From Candidatus Eiseniibacteriota bacterium (GTDB lineage Bacteria; Eisenbacteria; RBG-16-71-46): a stretch of DNA of 16,889 nucleotides. A model generated the notes under the pieces. That model was not told the origin of the DNA and did no database searches. It saw nothing but the letters and a program-made list of their open reading frames with translations. Shown in pieces: positions 1 through 5,057 of the stretch (its first letter is position 1; every line of letters starts with the position of its first letter). The position numbers and the translations under genes were made by a program. Location: contig JANLWX010000020.1 of NCBI GenBank assembly GCA_031364845.1, forward strand, positions 1 to 16,889, given 5' to 3'.

Positions 1-772
1 CTTCGATCCGCGACGATTCGATCGCGATCATGCGGCCATCGGGCGTCGGCTTCGCATGGAAGAAGTTGCGCGAGTGCGGCCCGAACATGTGGAACGTCCC
101 CGAGCCGTCGGGGTTGGTGAAGAACAGCGGGAAGCGGTTCATCGTGCCGAAGTGCTCCCAGCGCGTGTAGACGATGCGCCCGTCCGGCAGCAGTGCGGGA
201 TCGAAGTCGTCGCTCTGATTGAAGCTCACGCGCTCGAGATTGGCGCCGTCGGCATCGCACACGTAGAGGTGCTCGGACGTCGAGTGGTTGTACTCGTCCA
301 TTTCGCCGTCACGCGAACTCGTGAACATGATGTGGCCGTCGGGCAGGTAGAGCGGATCGAAGTCGTGCCCGCCCCCGCTCGTCACCTGGCGCAGCCCGGT
401 GCCGTCGGCGTTGATCTCGAAGATGTTGCGATACGTGTCGCCCGAGCGCCGCATCGAGAACAGGATCTTCTTGCCGTCGAACGACACGTTAGGATCGGAG
501 ATCGCCGCGCCCACGAAGTTCGTGATCGGCGTCACCACGCCGTCCGGTGTGATCGGCGAGAGCTTGAACAGATTGCCCGCCGCCCACGTGCGATTGAGCG
601 TCTCTTCGGCGGTCGTTTTCACGAACACCAGCGCGTCAGTGGTGGTCTCTTCCTGGATGAGATCGTCGGGGGCGCTGTCCCTGCAACCCGTGAGAGCCAT
701 CGGAACGAACAGTCCCAAGGCCAGGCACGCGAACAGCGTGCGGGTGGCGCGTTGCGGGAGACGCTCGATCAT
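1..772 (-). CDS. HzsA (hydrazine synthase alpha)-related / TolB-like beta-propeller lipoprotein, 5' part only (runs off the left edge; not in the ORF track)
   Basis: Manual translation from ATG 772 (SD GGAGG at 789-785) gives 257 open codons: MIERLPQRATRTLFACLALGLFVPMALTGC (lipobox LTGC, Cys30), then PD40-like blades ISDPNVSFDGKKILFSM, IFEINADGTGLRQVT, HDFDPLYLPDGHIMFTSSR, DDFDPALLPDGRIVYTRWEH, LFFTNPDGS. The DGRIxYTRWE / NPDG pattern is what I recall from HzsA-related proteins. Confidence 0.75.
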   Translation of the reverse strand, partial: MIERLPQRATRTLFACLALGLFVPMALTGCRDSAPDDLIQEETTTDALVFVKTTAEETLNRTWAAGNLFKLSPITPDGVVTPITNFVGAAISDPNVSFDGKKILFSMRRSGDTYRNIFEINADGTGLRQVTSGGGHDFDPLYLPDGHIMFTSSRDGEMDEYNHSTSEHLYVCDADGANLERVSFNQSDDFDPALLPDGRIVYTRWEHFGTMNRFPLFFTNPDGSGTFHMFGPHSRNFFHAKPTPDGRMIAIESSRIE

Positions 773-801
773 GTGCGGGACGTTCCTCCAGTTCGGCGAA
801 G

Positions 802-1425
802 TCATGGGCGCAGGGTGCGGTAGAACGTTAGACCGACGGTCTGCTGCAGGTAGTCGTAGGTGACGACGCCGTCGCGATCGCGCTCGCGGCCGAACACCGT
901 CGCGTAGCGCACATCGCCACGCAGCGCGAGATCGTTGCGCACGTACCACTCGAGGCCGCCGCCGAACGCGAGCGCGTTCTTGGTGACCGGCGATGCGTTG
1001 AGCGAGCGACCCGGGAACACGAACAGCATTCCGTAGCCCGCCGCCGCGTACGGCTGGATGCGTCCCGCAAACGGATGGCGCACGATCGCGCTCAGCGAGT
1101 GCAGCACCGCGTGCACCGACTCGCCGGGGTTGTGGCCGATCGACGCTTCGTAACCGAGATGCGCCCCCGGGTTGTACGTCGCGCGCATCAGGAACAGCGG
1201 TTGCGAACCGAAGCGGCCGTAACCCGGCGACAGCGCGATGCGGTTCGTGAACGGACGCGGACCCGGATCGAGCTGGTACGGATGCTCGCCGATCTCGGGC
1301 ACGAGTGCTTCGGGACGACGCGCCTCTTCGGCGCGCGCCGCGGCGACCGCGACCGCCATGAGCAGCGCCGAGATCACGAACGTCCACACGGCGCGGCGGG
1401 GGGTGATGGCGCGGCCGCGGCTCAT
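802..1425 (-). CDS. Outer-membrane beta-barrel domain protein (OmpA-like transmembrane type), 207 aa
   Basis: Signal peptide ending AAARA; amphipathic strands IQPYAAAGYG, ALAFGGGLEWYV, LALRGDVRY, QQTVGLTFY; start overlaps the upstream stop (ATGA, 1425-1422). Confidence 0.8.
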   Translation of the reverse strand: MSRGRAITPRRAVWTFVISALLMAVAVAAARAEEARRPEALVPEIGEHPYQLDPGPRPFTNRIALSPGYGRFGSQPLFLMRATYNPGAHLGYEASIGHNPGESVHAVLHSLSAIVRHPFAGRIQPYAAAGYGMLFVFPGRSLNASPVTKNALAFGGGLEWYVRNDLALRGDVRYATVFGRERDRDGVVTYDYLQQTVGLTFYRTLRP

Positions 1426-1874
1426 CGTGCGACTCCGGCGAGGATCCAGCCGTGGATCGCGACGTAGCCGCTGTCGCTGATCGAGGCGAACGGCTTCACC
1501 GCGTGCGGGGTGCCGCCGGCGGCGAGTGCCAGCGGCTCGGTGAGCACCGGACTCGCGTCGCGATTCGTAGCACTCGTCTGCAATGCGATCTGGTCGAAGT
1601 CGAAGCGCGCATTCTTCGCACCCGGAGGCGACAGCTCAAGCGAGCCGCGGATGCCGCCGCCATGACAATCGCCGGTTGCGTCGCAGCCGTGGCGCACCAG
1701 CACAGGTTCGACCAAGCTCTCGAACTGCTCGAAGCTCAGCGCGAGCGTCGCACCACCGCCGGGCGGCGGTACGGGCTGCGTCGGATGGCTGCAGCCATCG
1801 ACGATTCCCGGCAGCGCGAGCGACGCGATCAACAGTGACGCCGCCCTTCGTGCGTTCGCGTGGCTGACAGACAA
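1422..1874 (-). CDS. Putative lipoprotein with a planctomycete-type cytochrome-c-like domain (atypical CX5CH motif), 150 aa
   Basis: Start reassigned to TTG 1874 (SD GGAGG 1885-1881, 6-nt spacer). Hydrophobic leader ending IVDGC (Cys28, imperfect lipobox), Pro-rich linker, then F..VEPVL..GCDATGDCHGG...S.VL..P...TPH...F...Y.AI.GWI, matching the pattern of planctomycete cytochrome-c-like domains. Confidence 0.7.
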   Translation of the reverse strand: MSVSHANARRAASLLIASLALPGIVDGCSHPTQPVPPPGGGATLALSFEQFESLVEPVLVRHGCDATGDCHGGGIRGSLELSPPGAKNARFDFDQIALQTSATNRDASPVLTEPLALAAGGTPHAVKPFASISDSGYVAIHGWILAGVAR

Positions 1875-2053
1875 CTCGGACCTCCGGATCGTGCGAACCG
1901 CAATCCCTCTGCTGCGAAATGCTGGGTGAAGCGAGCGACGCGAGCCGCCTCGCGCACCGGTCCCATGAGGGTTGCGGCATGTGAGGACAACGACTTGCGC
2001 CTCGCCGTCAGCGTGCTGCTCGGCCGTCCGGTGGTTGAGCGCCGCTCGACAAC

Positions 2054-2068
2054 GCAAGCGCGAGGCCA
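2054..2068 (-). promoter_or_regulatory. Candidate sigma54 (-24/-12) promoter for the cytochrome/barrel/HzsA-like operon
   Basis: Minus strand reads TGGCCTCGCGCTTGC: GG-N10-GC spacing with TGGC and TTGC intact and 2 mismatches to TGGCAC. It lies in the 249-nt gap downstream of apbE, pointing at TTG 1874. Confidence 0.5.
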
Positions 2069-2123
2069 TCCATGCGGTGGGTGAACGTGCTGAAGGGTGG
2101 AATCGCGCAGCGGCGTGCGCGTT

Positions 2124-3206
2124 TCAGAAGAACGCGACGTGGAACCACGCGCGTGCCTGAGGCTCGAGGACGAAGCGATCCCGCAACTGCTCCTCGACCC
2201 ACACGGTGTCGACACCCGCAGAGCCCGGCTGAACCAGGACGACGCCGATATCGGTGAGTGCCTTCGCCTTGCGCTTCGCCGCTTCGGTGCCGAGCACGAA
2301 TAACGGCGTGTCCCACGAATCGCACGCGAGTGCCGAGCGCGCGACTACAGTGACCGACAACAGACCCTCGACCGGACGCCCCGTGCGCGGATCGAGGATG
2401 TGGCCGAACTTCCTGCCGTTCGAAGGAACGAACTGCTCGTATTGACCCGACGTGGAAATCGCATCGCCGTCGGACAGCGGAATCCGCGCAAAGAAGCGGA
2501 TGCGATCGTGCGGATCGCGGATGCCGATGCGCCACGCGGGCGCGTTCGGAGGATGGCCGATCGCAGCCATGTTGCCGGTGAGATCGACGAGGGCATGCTG
2601 CACGCCGTGCGCTTTCAGCGATTCGGCCGCCACGTCGACCGCGTAGCCCTTGGCGATTCCACCGAGGTCGATGCGGATGGAGTCGGAATCGAAGCGTATG
2701 TGGCGGGTCGTTGCGTCGAAGTGCACGCGTTGTGCGCCGACGTGGCGGAATGCTTGTGCAACTTCAGCGTCGGTGGGAACACGGCGCACGCCACCGATGA
2801 AACCCCACAGGCGAACGAGCGGTTCCACGGTGATGTCGAACGCGTGTTCGGAGGCTTCCCATAGACGCAGTGCCGCGCCGATCACGCTGGCGACTTCCTG
2901 CTGCACGGTCGTTCCGTGCGACGCTTCGCGGTTGATGCGCGCGACTTCGCTGGTCGTGGTCCAGTTGCTCATGAGCGAATCGACGCGCTGGAGCGCTGCC
3001 TGCGCAATCGCGGCGGTGGATGCGGTGGCGGAAGAGTCCGCGGTCACAAGAGCGACGTTGGCGTAGGTGCCCATCGTGCGGGTCGGGTAGACGACGACGC
3101 GCGGGGCTTCGTTGGAGAGCGCGGCGTGCGGCGGCAGGAAGCAGATCATAAGCGCCAGCGCGGCGAATGCTCCCACACACCCAAAACGCCACTCGCGAGA
3201 TTCCAC
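2124..3206 (-). CDS. apbE: FAD:protein FMN transferase (ApbE family), 360 aa
   Basis: Motifs TMGT, SEVARIN, FDITVEPLVRLWGF, IDLGGIAKGYAVD, WRIGIRDP, AISTSGQYEQF, HILDPRTGRP, SVTVVA; N-terminal hydrophobic export signal; GTG start with SD GGAGG 3216-3212. Confidence 0.95.
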   Translation of the reverse strand: MESREWRFGCVGAFAALALMICFLPPHAALSNEAPRVVVYPTRTMGTYANVALVTADSSATASTAAIAQAALQRVDSLMSNWTTTSEVARINREASHGTTVQQEVASVIGAALRLWEASEHAFDITVEPLVRLWGFIGGVRRVPTDAEVAQAFRHVGAQRVHFDATTRHIRFDSDSIRIDLGGIAKGYAVDVAAESLKAHGVQHALVDLTGNMAAIGHPPNAPAWRIGIRDPHDRIRFFARIPLSDGDAISTSGQYEQFVPSNGRKFGHILDPRTGRPVEGLLSVTVVARSALACDSWDTPLFVLGTEAAKRKAKALTDIGVVLVQPGSAGVDTVWVEEQLRDRFVLEPQARAWFHVAFF

Positions 3207-3403
3207 TCACACCTCCAGTGGACCGGATGCCGAGACGGCATCGCGTGACGCCCAGATATGAGGTGTCGGCAGCGGAGCGTGTGGGGTTCAGCACGCGATC
3301 GGCATCACTTGTCGGAACAGTGACCTCGGCTGGATCGCTCCATGCATGGCTCAGATGCGGGCCGAAAAGAAACCATGACCCGGTCAAACCTATGGAGGGC
3401 GTC

Positions 3404-3904
3404 ATGCCGGAAAAGAAGACCATCGAACGCGCACGCAAGTCGAAGCGCGAGGGCAAGTCGGCGAGCACTCAGGCCGGCGAGTTCATTCGGGAAGAGATCC
3501 ATCACATCCGCGATGGCAAGCACGGAGCGCGGTCCACCGAGCAGGCGATCGCGATCGGCCTGTCGAAGGCCCGACGCGCCGGTGTGAAGATGGCGGAGCC
3601 CAAGCGCGGAGCGGTGTCTGCGGAAACGCGCAAACAGATTGCGCGCGACAATCGCGTGGGGCGCCAGGGCGCAGCACACCATGTGAACAAGGCGCGCTCC
3701 CGTGCGATGCACGAGAAGCTGGAGCACGAGGGCAAGTCGGCGGTTTCGCACCGCGCGCTGTCAGAGCATGCCCACGAAGTGGCAATGCGACGAGGCGCTG
3801 CGGCCCGGCATGCGTCGGCGATGAAGGCTGTGCGCGCTCGCACTCACGAAGAGCGCAGCCAGAGCGCGAGGAAGGCGGCGCGGACGCGGGCTTCGCATCG
3901 CTGA
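3404..3904 (+). CDS. Small basic DUF6496-type protein (often annotated DNA-binding / stress protein), 166 aa
   Basis: Start reassigned to ATG 3404 (SD GGAGG 3394-3398). MPEKKTIERARKSKREGKSASTQAGEFIREEIHHIRDGKHGARSTEQAIAIGLSKARRAG is the recognisable family N-terminus; Arg/Lys/His/Ala-rich tail. Confidence 0.8.
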   Translation: MPEKKTIERARKSKREGKSASTQAGEFIREEIHHIRDGKHGARSTEQAIAIGLSKARRAGVKMAEPKRGAVSAETRKQIARDNRVGRQGAAHHVNKARSRAMHEKLEHEGKSAVSHRALSEHAHEVAMRRGAAARHASAMKAVRARTHEERSQSARKAARTRASHR

Positions 3905-4174
3905 AGCCACAACGAATGGAAGTGCACGACGGGTCGATCGCGACAAATGCGGTCGGCCCAATTTGTATGCCTGCAGCGTGCCCCCGCGACGATCTTGACG
4001 ATTGCCGGCCAAGACGCACTTGCACCGATGTAATACCGGCACTCCCTCTTTTTCATTCGAGGCAATAGCTACCCATGTAAGCACCCATAACGCGGTTTGA
4101 AGGCTCTCTGACATACGTTCCAAATGCGCTGATAGCGCGCGTTTCAATGCCCTTGTCGTTCCGCTGAAGCCGGA

Positions 4175-4189
4175 TGGCACCGCCGTTGC
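4175..4189 (+). promoter_or_regulatory. sigma54 (-24/-12) promoter
   Basis: TGGCAC-CGCCG-TTGC, an exact match to TGGCAC-N5-TTGC, in a 566-nt intergenic region and oriented toward the gene at 4471; predicted TSS near 4201. Confidence 0.8.
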
Positions 4190-4470
4190 GAGAGTGACCG
4201 ATCAGCGCCCGATGTCCGGGCGTGAAAGATGAGATCGAATGAGAAATGAAGCTGAGCCCGGACCAATCGTGGACCGACAGCCCAAGGGTGCGAATGAGTC
4301 GGCGGGCCGCAAATGTGGGATCGAATGAACAATCGACACGAGACAAAGGTCGGAATGTTCGCAGCATCCCACGAGCACAGCAGTGAACCGAACGGGCAAC
4401 ACCGCAATCAGAGGCGCCGGGATCGTGACTGGTCCGGAACTTTTCTGGAAAACCGAAAGGAGGAGCAGTC

Positions 4471-4944
4471 ATGAGTTCGAAGCGAAACAACTTGAGAACG
4501 CTCGTCCTCGGGCTGACGATGATCGGTTCGACGGCGTTCGTTACGGCAGGCAACGCGGCGGTGTCCGCGGATCTACGTGCGGGCATCTATCCGGACGGTG
4601 AACGCGGCGCGATCGGTGCCGGCCTCTTGACGCCGATTGGCAATCAATATCGGTGGCACTTCAACCCGAACGCTGAGATGGCATTCGGCGACCGGGATGT
4701 GGTGTCGTTCAACGGTGACGTGCATTACGACCTGGCGTACCAGCAGCCCACTTCGGTCTGGCTCGGCGCCGGACCCGCAGTGATCCTGCGTGAAACTGCG
4801 CGCGATGAGCGCGAAACCGGTTTGGGAATGAACGTTATCGCGGGCTTTGGCAAGACTCACGGCGATGTGCGCCCGTTCGGCCAGCTCAAGGGCGTCATGT
4901 CCGACGAGAGTGGCTTGGCCCTCATGGGTGGCGTGCGCTTCTAA
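4471..4944 (+). CDS. Small outer-membrane beta-barrel protein (probably 8-stranded), 157 aa
   Basis: Strong SD (AAAGGAGG); signal peptide; strands WHFNPNAEM, SFNGDVHY, VWLGAGPAV, TGLGMNVIAGFG, VRPFGQLK; C-terminal GGVRF with terminal Phe (BAM-type signal). Confidence 0.85.
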   Translation: MSSKRNNLRTLVLGLTMIGSTAFVTAGNAAVSADLRAGIYPDGERGAIGAGLLTPIGNQYRWHFNPNAEMAFGDRDVVSFNGDVHYDLAYQQPTSVWLGAGPAVILRETARDERETGLGMNVIAGFGKTHGDVRPFGQLKGVMSDESGLALMGGVRF

Positions 4945-4993
4945 CAATGTGACGAGCTTGGATTGCTGGGCGCCAAGCAAGTACCCCAAACAG

Positions 4994-5030
4994 AACGGTG
5001 GGCGCGAGGGTATTCCTCGGGCCCACCGTT
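4994..5030. terminator. Probable bidirectional intrinsic terminator between convergent genes
   Basis: AACGGTGGGC-G-CGAGG / CCTCG-G-GCCCACCGTT, a 15-bp stem with one mismatch, flanked by AAACAG on the left and TGATTT on the right. Confidence 0.75.
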
Positions 5031-5057
5031 TGATTTGCATCAGACGGCGCCGATTAC

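Noticed and set aside
1..772. True anammox hydrazine synthase
   Set aside because: No hzsB/hzsC upstream, a lipoprotein signal is present, and only the generic propeller part is visible; relatedness does not imply hydrazine synthesis.
56..863. Plus-strand ORFs 56..823 and 399..863
   Set aside because: Antisense shadows of the minus-strand HzsA-like gene, which has the SD, lipobox and recognisable motifs.
1747..1758. GGAT in the cytochrome-like lipoprotein linker as an ApbE flavinylation site
   Set aside because: Does not match [ST]GA[ST] and lacks the usual upstream Asp; only a near-match.
1875..2069. 65-codon N-terminal extension given by the ORF track (start 2069)
   Set aside because: Not protein-like, would bury the signal peptide, and overlaps the sigma54-like motif; TTG 1874 has a good SD.
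4142..4155. IHF site upstream of the sigma54 promoter (TTTCAA-N5-TTG)
   Set aside because: Spacing is one base off the WATCAA-N4-TTR consensus and the first half is imperfect.
4380..4445. c-di-GMP-I riboswitch in the barrel gene leader (GGGCAAC... resemblance)
   Set aside because: The GGCAAAC...GAAA...GACGCAAAG core and the paired stems are not present.
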